DNA from: Candidatus Saccharimonadota bacterium
GTDB taxonomy: Archaea; Nanohalarchaeota; Nanosalinia; Nanosalinales; Nanosalinaceae
Direction: 5' to 3'
Assembly (NCBI GenBank): GCA_001761425.1
Contig: CP012986.1
Coordinates: forward strand, 450,001 to 482,000
Length of the DNA stretch: 32,000 nt
Shown here: positions 8,023 to 17,296 of the stretch, one piece after another
Layout: the number at the start of each line of letters is the position of its first letter
Numbering within the stretch: position 1 is the stretch's first letter
The notes under the pieces: model-generated
Database searches by the model: none
What the model was told of the DNA's origin: nothing
Seen by the model: only the letters and a program-made list of their open reading frames with translations
Program-made: the position numbers and the translations under genes

Positions 8023-8589
8023 ATGGATATTCTCGGCAGGGAAGGAGAACAGGCCTCGGAAGCTATTCGGAATATGTCACAGAGACTTGAAAATCTGGAA
8101 TCTCGTGTAAACGCGCTTGATGATGCCCTTCAGGATTACGAGGGTCAGGATTCACAGCTGAGGCAGACGGTAGACAATCTGCAGGAAAGTTTCTCTGGAA
8201 AGGTTGATGAGGTCATGAACCTTGTGGAGAAAATTCTCAGGGTACAGCAGCGAAATATTGAGGATATCGACCGGAATAGGTCAAAGCTTTCTTCTATAGG
8301 TTCGAAGGCCTCGAATCTGGAGAGAAGGATCTCTGATATCGAGGAAAAAGTCGGGAATGAGATTGAGGAAGGTAGAGAGGAACGTGAGTCCATACATAAT
8401 GATATTCTGAATCTGGAGAAACGTCTGGAACAGCAGGAACAAGATCTGAACGATAAGTTAGAGGCTGAAGAGTTTTCCGCTCGCAAGAATCATGTTGAGA
8501 GGGAGATCAAGAAGCTCAGGTCTTCAGTTAACTATCTGGCTGACAGGTTCGAGAGTGAGGAGATAAGAGTGGAGAAAGGTTCCAGTTAG
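8023..8589 (+). CDS. coiled-coil protein of unknown function
   Basis: The long ORF (7915..8589) overlaps the divergent OB-fold gene, so the ATG at 8023 (or 8074) is more plausible. The heptad-rich sequence is LENLESRVNALDDALQ...LEKRLEQQEQDLNDKLE. Confidence 0.5.
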   Translation: MDILGREGEQASEAIRNMSQRLENLESRVNALDDALQDYEGQDSQLRQTVDNLQESFSGKVDEVMNLVEKILRVQQRNIEDIDRNRSKLSSIGSKASNLERRISDIEEKVGNEIEEGREERESIHNDILNLEKRLEQQEQDLNDKLEAEEFSARKNHVEREIKKLRSSVNYLADRFESEEIRVEKGSS

Positions 8590-8921
8590 TCGTATTCTTT
8601 GTAGACGTTACCGCACTCGGTGCATTTGTAGAAACGTGTAGCAGGCTCGTCTGAGGCCCTGGTCTGTTTCATCCACCACTCGTGTTCGGTCTCTTCACCG
8701 CATTTATGGCACTCTTCCTGCGTGGTAGGCCTTGCAGTATCATCTGCTCCTTCTTCGTTGACGTTAAGACGGTCTTTCGGATCCTCTTCTTTTTCCTCAG
8801 TAACTTTCATATCGTCAGAGTCTACATCCTGTACTTTTCCACAGTTTCTGCACTGCATAACTGTCTCTCCGTCTTTCTTCTCCGAGACAAGCATTCCTCC
8901 ACAATCATCACAGAACTCCAT
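8586..8921 (-). CDS. tfs: transcription factor S (TFS) / RpoM-like
   Basis: The internal ATG at 8921 gives MEFCDDCGGML..CRNCG (N-terminal zinc ribbon). The C-terminal ribbon CHKCG...QTRASDEPATRFYKCTECG carries the TFIIS acidic loop. Confidence 0.8.
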   Translation of the reverse strand: MEFCDDCGGMLVSEKKDGETVMQCRNCGKVQDVDSDDMKVTEEKEEDPKDRLNVNEEGADDTARPTTQEECHKCGEETEHEWWMKQTRASDEPATRFYKCTECGNVYKEYD

Positions 8922-8975
8922 GTTTCCAGTAATTATACTACTAAACTTTAAATTGGTTCCCAAAAAACTCTGGAT

Positions 8976-9725
8976 TCAGGCCTCTACCTCACAAGGCCTA
9001 TACCTGTCGAAGATGAAAGGCCTATCTCCGTTAAAACCGACGAAATCCATTGCCAGGATCTTCAGAATGCCTACACGCGGAATCTTGAAGAAAACCTTTC
9101 CATGGACCTGTTCAGGCCTTACATCCTGCTCGAACTCTAGCTGTGAAGGATTGTTGATACCTTTAGTCTCCAGATCTGTTTCATGCTTCTTCACTACTCT
9201 GTGGACCACCGGTATCGGCATTGTATCGATCCTTTCGATATCCACATTGATTCCATTGAACGAATAGCTCTGATCCTCATCTACTGCTTTTTTCTCCCCG
9301 TCTACACGAATTGAGGCTCTATCCATATCCTCAGAAACTCTTCCAGCCTTCAACAGGCCTACCTCTCCTACAGGAGTATCCACTGAGGGCCTTGGATTTG
9401 AATCATTTCTTACGAGACTGTAGTCCTGACCTGCTATAGAGAAATCTACTCGGTCAGGAACGTTATAGACGATAGTATCGCCCTCACTGATTTTTTCGAA
9501 TGCTGTGCCTTTCACAAAAAGAATATCTCCCTTGTAAAGGCCTTCCTCGCCTGGTCCTGGATACATAGAACATGATACAACAGAAACCACGGGCTGATCG
9601 GTGTTCAGAGCTGTCCCTGTTGTCTGAAGAGTTCCGAAAGCAAGGATCAAAGCTATAGCCAGAAAGTAAACATTACTGAAGACTTCATTCTCTGTAAGAT
9701 CTCTCCAGAACTCAGGTAGCTCCAT
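8976..9725 (-). CDS. signal peptidase I (archaeal/Sec11 type, S26B) with a large insertion
   Basis: N-terminal TM segment. Ser box VVSCSMYP, GDILFV, His box PVVHRVV, and TKGINN in place of TKGDNN. About 100 extra residues lie between the Ser and His boxes. Confidence 0.65.
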   Translation of the reverse strand: MELPEFWRDLTENEVFSNVYFLAIALILAFGTLQTTGTALNTDQPVVSVVSCSMYPGPGEEGLYKGDILFVKGTAFEKISEGDTIVYNVPDRVDFSIAGQDYSLVRNDSNPRPSVDTPVGEVGLLKAGRVSEDMDRASIRVDGEKKAVDEDQSYSFNGINVDIERIDTMPIPVVHRVVKKHETDLETKGINNPSQLEFEQDVRPEQVHGKVFFKIPRVGILKILAMDFVGFNGDRPFIFDRYRPCEVEA

Positions 9726-9751
9726 ACATCTCTATACATCCTACATGGTTT

Positions 9752-10324
9752 TTAATCAAATCCACAGCTTAACAGACCTTTCAGAGGCCTAGTACCGGAG
9801 CCGATTAGATCAGCAACCCGTACAGGCTCAGGAACCTGCCCGTGGATGATAGAGGCCTTTACGAATTCTCTGGCCTTATCTTCTTTACAGCCAGCGAACT
9901 GGATAAAACAGCTACCATCTTTTAACTCAGCTTCGACAGGCCTTTTCAGGGCTTCGAATTTTTCGTCGTAGTTTCCGGTCCTTTTCATCGTTTGCCGGAA
10001 ATCTTCGCGGTCAGGCCTGTTTTTGGTCACTGCGATGACAGGCTTTTCAAGTTCTTTGGAGGCCTTTCTCAGATCTATGATGTTGAATCCTGCGAAGCTG
10101 ATGCCGTCTGTTAGAACTGCTTTGATCTGTCCTGTGTTGTTGCAGGAGTCGTGGAGTTCTACGAGTTTTTCTGTAGCGTTTTCCGCGTCCACGCCTATTG
10201 GAACGGTTTTAATATCTTCGATGAACTCTGTGCCGCGATATATTACACCGGTTAAGAAAGTTTCACTATCTTCAAAGGAAAATGATGCGTCGTCGACGCC
10301 AAGGATGCGTGCGCCTTCTTTCAT
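9752..10324 (-). CDS. DUF99/UPF0215 (endonuclease V-like fold) protein
   Basis: The ATG at 10324 gives MKEGARILGVDDASF.., the typical DUF99 start. The longer track ORF would overlap rpoL. Confidence 0.6.
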   Translation of the reverse strand: MKEGARILGVDDASFSFEDSETFLTGVIYRGTEFIEDIKTVPIGVDAENATEKLVELHDSCNNTGQIKAVLTDGISFAGFNIIDLRKASKELEKPVIAVTKNRPDREDFRQTMKRTGNYDEKFEALKRPVEAELKDGSCFIQFAGCKEDKAREFVKASIIHGQVPEPVRVADLIGSGTRPLKGLLSCGFD

Positions 10325-10353
10325 AGGCCTTGAAGTAATAGTTGGAAGAAGAA

Positions 10354-10599
10354 TCAGGAGATCTGGCCCTGGAGGTCTTCCATCCATTCTCGTGCGGTCT
10401 CGACAGCGTCCTCAAGGTCTTCTTCAGGATTGTCCGACTTTACGATCAGGTGGCTTTCCTCTCCCAGTGGGTGACCTTTGTCATAGCCTGCTTCCCCACC
10501 GTTTTCCCAAACTGCTTTTCTGACAAGGTTTGCGAGTGTATGATTCTGTTTGAAGTCCACGATCCAACGATCCTCTTTTTCAGTAATGTCAAGTTCCAT
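10354..10599 (-). CDS. rpoL: DNA-directed RNA polymerase subunit L (Rpo11)
   Basis: 81 aa. NHTLANLVRKAVWENGGEAGYDKGHPL matches the (E/D)HTLGNLL...Y...HP signature of RpoL/Rpb11. Confidence 0.75.
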   Translation of the reverse strand: MELDITEKEDRWIVDFKQNHTLANLVRKAVWENGGEAGYDKGHPLGEESHLIVKSDNPEEDLEDAVETAREWMEDLQGQIS

Positions 10600-11207
10600 T
10601 ATTCTTTGTTCACCTTTCCGGTAACGATCAAATCAACAGAGGTTTCACGGCTCTCCTCCGTATGAAAGCCGTAACTTGGAGGCAGGCCGATCGAATAGGC
10701 CTCTACCCCCAGAATCTCATGATTGGAGTTTCCGACAAAATCTTTTATAGGTTCCCGAGCACCGCGAGGACTGATCCCGTACACCTTCTCGCTTATCTCA
10801 CAGGCCTTTCCCCAGAAGTCAAGGCCTACATCCGAATGAACAGAGAACGGAGGATTCATCAAAACAGTATCAAAATCGCCTTCAACCTCCTCGACATCGC
10901 ACTCTATGAAATCGATGAACTCCTCCACTCCCAGATCCTCAGCATTCTCTCTGGCCTGGGAGAGAGCCTCTTCGTCTTTCTCGAAGGCCTTAACGTTTTC
11001 CGCGCCTGCGAGGGCTGCTCCTATCGCCAGTATTCCTGTCCCTGTTCCCAGGTCCGCGACTTTAAGGCCTTTGATGTCGTTTTGCATGTAGGCTGTGAAG
11101 ACCATGTCGGCAGCGAGAGCGGGCGGTGTCATGTACTGTTCGAGGCTTATTCTTGGTTCCTTGAAGTCCGGGATTTTCGATAGCTCTTTTTTGAGCTGGT
11201 TTTTCAT
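10599..11207 (-). CDS. METTL5-like SAM-dependent methyltransferase (COG2263)
   Basis: LEQYMTPP, VADLGTGTGILAIGA (SAM motif I) and the NPPF catalytic motif. Its stop overlaps the rpoL start by 1 nt. Confidence 0.65.
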   Translation of the reverse strand: MKNQLKKELSKIPDFKEPRISLEQYMTPPALAADMVFTAYMQNDIKGLKVADLGTGTGILAIGAALAGAENVKAFEKDEEALSQARENAEDLGVEEFIDFIECDVEEVEGDFDTVLMNPPFSVHSDVGLDFWGKACEISEKVYGISPRGAREPIKDFVGNSNHEILGVEAYSIGLPPSYGFHTEESRETSVDLIVTGKVNKE

Positions 11208-11303
11208 GTCTTTCAGTCTTTTCTGAAAGGTTAAAAAGAGGCCTTGAGTTTCTCTGCATCGAATTTTTACAGATAAAAAACTTTCTGTTCCAATAGTGGT
11301 GGC

Positions 11304-12938
11304 ATGAAGGAAGAAAAACTTTCTGAGATGTCGCGTGAAGAACTTGAGGAGAAAATTCTGGAGATGGAGGCTGAGGAGGAAGTGGTTTTCTTCGAACCTC
11401 AGCGAGAGATAATTTTAACCAATCCCGGCGATGAAACGCTGAACAGGATCTCCAGTATAGCCCATATGGAGACGTCTTCAGCGGATCATTACAAGTTCCA
11501 GGTCAAGGAGATGGATATCTGGAACTCGGATAAGAGCCTGGAGGAGATGAAAGAAATCTATACCGATCTGATCGGTTCAAGGCCTCGATTCCTTGAATGG
11601 GTGGAGAGAACGTATGAGAAACAGGAAATCTTCTCCATAGAACATAAAGGACGTTACCACGCTCTCGTAGCTTCTGACAAGGAAAGGATGGAGTGGGCGC
11701 GTGGAATAGATAAAGTTCGAGATAACCTGGCTGTAGATCTCTCTGATACACAGTCAAGAATTGCCATGGGAAGTAAGAGCAGGGCTGAGATCAAACAGGC
11801 CTTGTTAAAGAAGGGTTATCCTGTTGAGGATAACTCTAAATTCCGTGAATCAGATACTAAGATCGGGGCAGATCTTGCAGAAGATATAGAGTTAAGAGAT
11901 TACCAGGAAGAATACGTGGAAAAGGCCTACGAGAAAAAGGCAGCAGTCCTGGCCAATCCTGCTGGCTCAGGTAAGACTGTTACTGCTATAGGCCTTATGT
12001 CGAAGATCGATGCTCCTACGCTGGTTCTGGTTCCTCAGAGGAATCTTGTGGGTCAGTGGAAACGTGAGTTGCTGGATAAGACCAGGTTGACTGAGGATCA
12101 GATCGGTGAGTACCATGGCGATGAGAAGAAGATGAATGATGTGACTATCGCAACTTATCATATGGCGGGTGAGAAAACTGATATTTTCAGGAAGGAGTGG
12201 GGCTTGATCATCTTTGATGAGGTCCATCACATCCCGTCCCAGCTGTTCAGGAAGACAGCTTCGCTTCAATCGACCCGACGTGTAGGCCTGTCCGCATCAC
12301 CTGTAAGAGAAGACACCAAGGAGAAGGACATCTTCGCCCTGATTGGACAGGAGATCGGAAGCGACTGGGCACGTTTCTTCAACCAGGGATATGTTAAGAA
12401 GCCTGAGGTAGATATTCAGCTTGTGGAATGGGCCTCTGATTTTTACAGGCATAAATACGAACAGGCCTCCGGGATCAAGAAAGCTATTGTCGCCTCGAAG
12501 AATCCGGCCAAAAATCAGGTGCTGGAAGATCTGCTGGATGAGCATGAGGATAGAAAGACTATCATTTTCTGTGACTGGCTAGACCAGGGAGAAGATCTCT
12601 CAGAGGAATACGATATACCGTTTATCTCCGGGGAGACCGATTTCGAGGAAAGAGAGAAGTACTTCCAGAGGTTCAGGGACGATGAACTTACTACGATAAT
12701 CGTCTCAAGGATCGGAGACGAAGGCCTTGACCTTCCGGACGCTGAGATCGGGATTATTATGTCTGGACAGGGCGGTTCAAGACGTCAGGCAACCCAGCGA
12801 GCAGGGAGAGTCATGAGGCCTTTCGGGGACGCTGAGGTCTATATGGTTGCGACGAAAGGCTCTAACGAGGAGGATTTTGTCAAGCAGCAGGTGGAATTGC
12901 TGAAGGAGAAAGGAGTCTCTGTTTCTGTCAAGGAGTGA
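11304..12938 (+). CDS. xpb: XPB/Rad25-type SF2 DNA helicase
   Basis: LRDYQEEYVEKA, Walker A NPAGSGKT, DEVHH box and the helicase C motifs SRIGDEGLDLP..QATQRAGRVMR. Confidence 0.75.
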   Translation: MKEEKLSEMSREELEEKILEMEAEEEVVFFEPQREIILTNPGDETLNRISSIAHMETSSADHYKFQVKEMDIWNSDKSLEEMKEIYTDLIGSRPRFLEWVERTYEKQEIFSIEHKGRYHALVASDKERMEWARGIDKVRDNLAVDLSDTQSRIAMGSKSRAEIKQALLKKGYPVEDNSKFRESDTKIGADLAEDIELRDYQEEYVEKAYEKKAAVLANPAGSGKTVTAIGLMSKIDAPTLVLVPQRNLVGQWKRELLDKTRLTEDQIGEYHGDEKKMNDVTIATYHMAGEKTDIFRKEWGLIIFDEVHHIPSQLFRKTASLQSTRRVGLSASPVREDTKEKDIFALIGQEIGSDWARFFNQGYVKKPEVDIQLVEWASDFYRHKYEQASGIKKAIVASKNPAKNQVLEDLLDEHEDRKTIIFCDWLDQGEDLSEEYDIPFISGETDFEEREKYFQRFRDDELTTIIVSRIGDEGLDLPDAEIGIIMSGQGGSRRQATQRAGRVMRPFGDAEVYMVATKGSNEEDFVKQQVELLKEKGVSVSVKE

Positions 12939-12987
12939 GGCCTCGGTAATCTCGTCTTTCTTAAAACCTTCTTCCTAACTTTATTCC

Positions 12988-13995
12988 ATGACTCTTATTG
13001 AAGCTGAAAACCTGGACAAGACCTTCAGAATATACAACCAGGGAGAAGGCCTTAGAGGCTACCTGAAAAGCTTTGTCAGCCGTGATTATGAAGAGATTCA
13101 TGCTGTCGAGGACCTGGATCTGGAGATCAGCGAGGGAGAGATGATCGGTTACATCGGGGCTAATGGTGCCGGAAAATCTACTACGGTCAAGATGCTGACC
13201 GGTATCCTTGAGCCTTCTTCAGGCCTGATAGAGGTCGATGGCAGGAACCCGCATGAAAACAGGAAGAAAAATGCGATGAATATTGGAGTGGTATTCGGAC
13301 AGAAGACACAGCTCTGGTGGGATCTGCCGGTGAAGGAAAGTTTCAGGCTTTTGAAAGAGATTTACGAAGTTTCGGATGAGGCCTATGATGAGAGGATCGA
13401 AGAGTTCGATGAAGTTTTACAGCTAAGTGATTTCTGGGATCAGCCTGTTAGAAAGCTCAGTCTGGGCCAGAAGATGAGATGTGAGCTTGCTGCAGCGTTT
13501 TTACATCATCCTAAGATTGTCTACCTGGATGAACCGACTATAGGCCTTGATGTAGCAGTTAAAGAACGTATCAGAGATTTTATCAGGAAGATGAACGAGG
13601 AGAAGAGTATCACGGTGATGTTGACAACGCATGATATCGGGGATATTGAGGATCTGTGTGACAGAATTGTTGTACTTGATGGAGGAAAGAAGATCTACGA
13701 TGGTCAGTTAGATGATCTGGTTGACCGTTTCTCGTCAAGGAGGCTTGTACTTGAGACGGATGACTGGATAGAGATCGAGGCCGATGGTGTGAAAGATATT
13801 CAGAAGCCGAACGGCCAGGTCGAGATAGTGTTCGACAGGGATATTATCTCCGCTGCTGACCTGATGCGTGAAGTGCTTGAGAAATACGATGTCAGCGACT
13901 TCCAGATCAAGGAGCCGGATATCGAAGCTGTTGTCAAGAAAATCTACAACGAAGGCCTTGCGGACAGAAGCAGTCAGGAAGCTGATGCTTCTTAG
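12988..13995 (+). CDS. ABC transporter ATP-binding protein (ABC-2/COG4586-like)
   Basis: Walker A GANGAGKST, signature LSLGQKMR, Walker B VYLDEPTIGLD, H-loop TTHD. Confidence 0.9.
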   Translation: MTLIEAENLDKTFRIYNQGEGLRGYLKSFVSRDYEEIHAVEDLDLEISEGEMIGYIGANGAGKSTTVKMLTGILEPSSGLIEVDGRNPHENRKKNAMNIGVVFGQKTQLWWDLPVKESFRLLKEIYEVSDEAYDERIEEFDEVLQLSDFWDQPVRKLSLGQKMRCELAAAFLHHPKIVYLDEPTIGLDVAVKERIRDFIRKMNEEKSITVMLTTHDIGDIEDLCDRIVVLDGGKKIYDGQLDDLVDRFSSRRLVLETDDWIEIEADGVKDIQKPNGQVEIVFDRDIISAADLMREVLEKYDVSDFQIKEPDIEAVVKKIYNEGLADRSSQEADAS

Positions 13996-14034
13996 ATGAA
14001 AATTCTGTAGAGATTTTTCGAGGAGTGATTATTC

Positions 14035-14817
14035 TTGGGTAAATATCTGGAGTTCGTCCGGATGGGATTCCGGGAGATGACAGCTTACAGGTTTAACGCG
14101 GTGATGTCGCTGGTCGCATCGATTCTCTACCTGGTAATGGTCTATGCTATCTGGACGGCGATCGATGCATCTGGCCAGCTTGCAGTACCGCTCTCAGGAG
14201 TCCTAACATACGTACTTCTTGGACAGGTAGTATCTAACTCTGTCTTTACAGATGTAGAAGGCTACTTATCGGAAAGGGTGCGTGAAGGAACTATAGTAAA
14301 TGAACTGAAAAGGCCTGTATCCCTCAGGCTTCAGATCTACTGCTACCTGATTGGAAAAACACTTTTCAATACTTTGACGAAAGGTCTTCCGGTACTGGTT
14401 ATAGGCCTTCTGTTCCTTGATATGCAGACGCCTTCAATGTTGAATGCTGTAGGTTTTGTGGTTGCTCTGCTTCTCAGTTTTAACCTCGTGTTTGCTTTCT
14501 CGTTCCTGACCTCTATGCTGGTTTTCTGGACGGAGATTGGCTGGGGTATCAGAGCTATGAGGTCTAATATCCAGGACGTGTTTTCAGGTGTTCTTTTCCC
14601 GCTATACCTGTTGCCTGCGAGAGTTGCTTACTTCTTTGATTTACTTCCTTTCCAGGCGATGGCTGATGGACCTATCAGGATCTTTACGATGGATGCGACA
14701 GGCATGCAGATGCTTAATATCTTCGGTTTACAGATTTTCTGGATAATCATAATCGCGGTACTGGGCGAGCTTGCCTGGAGAAAAGCCAAGAAAAAGATGA
14801 CGGTGCAGGGAGGATAG
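14035..14817 (+). CDS. ABC-2 family permease (type A, copy 1)
   Basis: Polytopic membrane protein. TTG start preceded by GGAG. Paralog of 15690-16484; shared segments include GTIVNELKRPV, SMLVFWT and KMTVQGG*. Confidence 0.8.
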   Translation: MGKYLEFVRMGFREMTAYRFNAVMSLVASILYLVMVYAIWTAIDASGQLAVPLSGVLTYVLLGQVVSNSVFTDVEGYLSERVREGTIVNELKRPVSLRLQIYCYLIGKTLFNTLTKGLPVLVIGLLFLDMQTPSMLNAVGFVVALLLSFNLVFAFSFLTSMLVFWTEIGWGIRAMRSNIQDVFSGVLFPLYLLPARVAYFFDLLPFQAMADGPIRIFTMDATGMQMLNIFGLQIFWIIIIAVLGELAWRKAKKKMTVQGG

Positions 14818-14821
14818 AAAG

Positions 14822-15664
14822 ATGTCAGAAAATCAGAGATTTTCTATGAACCCGAAACGCATGTTGTCGGGATTAAAGAAGTATCTGTCGATTTACTGGT
14901 ACTACTTCAAACAGTACTGGAAAACAAGGCTTGTCTATAAAGGAGACTTCGCCGTAGGCTTTGTAGCTCAACTGGTGAACCTGGGAGCATCTCTTGCATT
15001 CCTTACACTGCTATTTACGCAGGTTGACTCGATTAACGGCTGGAGTTTCAACGAGATGCTTTTCCTCGCCGGAATAGGAGGCTTTATCATGAATTTCCAC
15101 CACATCTTCCTGTTCAACATGTTCAGCCTGGAAGACTACGTGGTAGAAGGCAAGATGGATCGCTTCCTGGTAAGGCCTCTAAGTCCTCTGTTCCAGGTCT
15201 ACTCGGACGAGGTGTCGGATAACAATCTCTCGAAGCTGATAGCAAACTCTGCGCTGATAACTTATTCGGCGAATCAGCTAAGCCTTCAGCTTCTCACGGT
15301 TTCAAACCTGATCTATGGTGCAGCTTTTCTTATTTCAGGAGTTTTAGTCTTTGCAGCGGCTTATATGGCCTTTGCAGCCACGAGTTTCTGGACAGGGAAA
15401 AGCAGGAGCGCTATCTGGCTGATTTTCAGGCTTAGCGAGTACAGGAGATACCCTTACAGTATCTACTCCACAGCGATACAGATTGTACTTGTAACGTTGA
15501 TTCCGATAGCTTTTGCCTCGTTCTTCCCGGCAACTTACTTCCTTGGAAGAGAGGGCTGGAGAACATGGCAGTTAGCCTCTATCGCCGCAGGACCAGTACT
15601 TTTCCTGCTCTCCTACAGGTTCTGGAAGATAGGCCTCTACAATTACTCCAGCACAGGTAGTTAA
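14822..15664 (+). CDS. ABC-2 family permease (type B, copy 1)
   Basis: Polytopic membrane protein. GGGAGG Shine-Dalgarno inside the end of the upstream gene. Paralog of 16488-17294; shared segments include NGWS..E.LFLAG, RF.VRPL..LFQVY and YSSTGS*. Confidence 0.8.
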   Translation: MSENQRFSMNPKRMLSGLKKYLSIYWYYFKQYWKTRLVYKGDFAVGFVAQLVNLGASLAFLTLLFTQVDSINGWSFNEMLFLAGIGGFIMNFHHIFLFNMFSLEDYVVEGKMDRFLVRPLSPLFQVYSDEVSDNNLSKLIANSALITYSANQLSLQLLTVSNLIYGAAFLISGVLVFAAAYMAFAATSFWTGKSRSAIWLIFRLSEYRRYPYSIYSTAIQIVLVTLIPIAFASFFPATYFLGREGWRTWQLASIAAGPVLFLLSYRFWKIGLYNYSSTGS

Positions 15665-15689
15665 AATTGCTGTTGGAAAAAACTGTCCT

Positions 15690-16484
15690 GTGAAATCGAA
15701 AACTGCGAAATACTGGGAGCTGACCAAGATAGGGTTCAAGGAGGCCTCAGCCTATCGACTGGACGCAGTTACAGGCCTCGCTTCCTCACTCCTGTATATA
15801 ATCCTGTACTACTACATCTGGCAGGCAATAGCCGCAGCGGGAACGCTAGCCTCCAGTTTGTCCGCAGTCATGACCTATATCGTTGTTGCACAGGTAGTAT
15901 CGTCTACAGTGTTCATCAGCGTGGAGGGATTTATAGGAAGGAAGGTAAGACATGGAACGATAGTCAATGAATTGAAAAGACCGGTAACATTGTTCACACA
16001 GGCCTATTTCAGGAAACTCGGTGTCGCAGCGTTCCGCTCAGTGACCAGAGGCCTGCCTGTACTTGTCCTTGGTATCTTTTTCCTCCAGGTACCTGTGCCT
16101 CAAGGCTTTAACCTTGTTTATTTCTTTCTGAGCCTTTTACTGGCTTTGAATCTTGTTATACTGTTTTCCTACAGCGCTTCGATGCTGGTTTTCTGGACGA
16201 AAGTGGAGTGGAGTATCAGAGGGGTCAGGAACACAGTGCAGAAGCTTTTTTCTGGAGTGATTTTCCCGCTTTACCTCCTGCCTGAAGGCCTTTCCACGGT
16301 TTTCAGTATTTTGCCTTTCAGGTACATGGTTGATGGCCCGATTCAGATATTCCTGATGCAGAGAACAGGCCTTGAAGCTGTCAAAATGCTGGGGCTTCAG
16401 TTTGTCTGGGTAATTGTACTGTTTGGACTTGCACGTTTTATGTGGAAAAAGGCTAAGGCTAAAATGACGGTTCAGGGAGGCTAA
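15690..16484 (+). CDS. ABC-2 family permease (type A, copy 2)
   Basis: GTG start. Roughly half of residues are shared with 14035-14817 by eye. Confidence 0.8.
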   Translation: MKSKTAKYWELTKIGFKEASAYRLDAVTGLASSLLYIILYYYIWQAIAAAGTLASSLSAVMTYIVVAQVVSSTVFISVEGFIGRKVRHGTIVNELKRPVTLFTQAYFRKLGVAAFRSVTRGLPVLVLGIFFLQVPVPQGFNLVYFFLSLLLALNLVILFSYSASMLVFWTKVEWSIRGVRNTVQKLFSGVIFPLYLLPEGLSTVFSILPFRYMVDGPIQIFLMQRTGLEAVKMLGLQFVWVIVLFGLARFMWKKAKAKMTVQGG

Positions 16485-16487
16485 AGT

Positions 16488-17294
16488 ATGTTGGATGAAG
16501 TTAAACATCACTGGCAGGTCTACAGGAGCTTCTTCATCGCTTTTGTGAAGACTAAGCTGATCTATAAAACAGATTTCATCCTTGGAACTTTGAATCAGTT
16601 GGTCAGCCTTACAGCCTCTGTCGCGTTCATAGGCCTTATTTTCACACAGATTGAGAGCCTGAATGGCTGGAGTATCTACGAACTGCTGTTTTTAGCAGGG
16701 GTTTCAAGACTGATTCTGAATGTCCATGGTTTCTTCGGTTTCGGGCCTTTCTCCCTAGGCGAGCACTACATCGTGCGCGGAAGGCTTGACAGGTTCAAGG
16801 TAAGGCCTCTTAACGTCCTTTTCCAGGTGTATGGAAGCTATGTCCAGACACACGCTTTTTCCGACATCGTGGCAAGCATTTTCCTGATAGCTTACACCCT
16901 GCCCTATCTTGGTGTCACGGTAATCACGCCTCTCAACATGGTCTATTTCCTGTTCGCGGTTGTCAGCGGTGTTCTGACGATTGGCGCAGTATTTCTCGCC
17001 TTCGCCTCGACAGGTTTCTGGACTGGTAGAACTGAATCCCTTTTCCAGATATTCTTCGACCTTGCCAGCTTCAGAAAATATCCGCTTACAATCTACTCGG
17101 CACCGTTGAAGGCCTTTTTCACAGTCCTGTTTCCAGTAGCCTTTGCTTCTTTTTACCCTGTGACTTTTTTGCTTGGAAAAGAAAGCTCCGCATTTCTGGA
17201 GTTTGCGACGCTTTTCGTGGGGCCTGTATTTTACCTGGCAGCATATGGTTTCTGGAGGTATGGCCTTTCGAAGTATTCGAGTACCGGTAGCTGA
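16488..17294 (+). CDS. ABC-2 family permease (type B, copy 2)
   Basis: Paralog of 14822-15664, with GGGAGG upstream of the ATG. Confidence 0.8.
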   Translation: MLDEVKHHWQVYRSFFIAFVKTKLIYKTDFILGTLNQLVSLTASVAFIGLIFTQIESLNGWSIYELLFLAGVSRLILNVHGFFGFGPFSLGEHYIVRGRLDRFKVRPLNVLFQVYGSYVQTHAFSDIVASIFLIAYTLPYLGVTVITPLNMVYFLFAVVSGVLTIGAVFLAFASTGFWTGRTESLFQIFFDLASFRKYPLTIYSAPLKAFFTVLFPVAFASFYPVTFLLGKESSAFLEFATLFVGPVFYLAAYGFWRYGLSKYSSTGS

Positions 17295-17296
17295 TT

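Larger units (their letters stand above)
14035..17294 (+). repeat. ancient tandem duplication of a two-gene permease module (14035-15664 and 15690-17294)
   Basis: Same gene order, similar lengths (260/280 aa versus 264/268 aa) and shared motifs and C-termini. The copies are diverged at the DNA level. Confidence 0.75.

Noticed and set aside
10599-12938. Methyltransferase plus SF2 helicase as a possible restriction or defence module, or as the enzyme behind the AGGCCT bias
   Set aside because: The methyltransferase has the METTL5/COG2263 (NPPF, rRNA/RNA methylase) pattern and is translationally coupled to rpoL. The helicase is a standard XPB/Rad25. The two genes are divergently transcribed.
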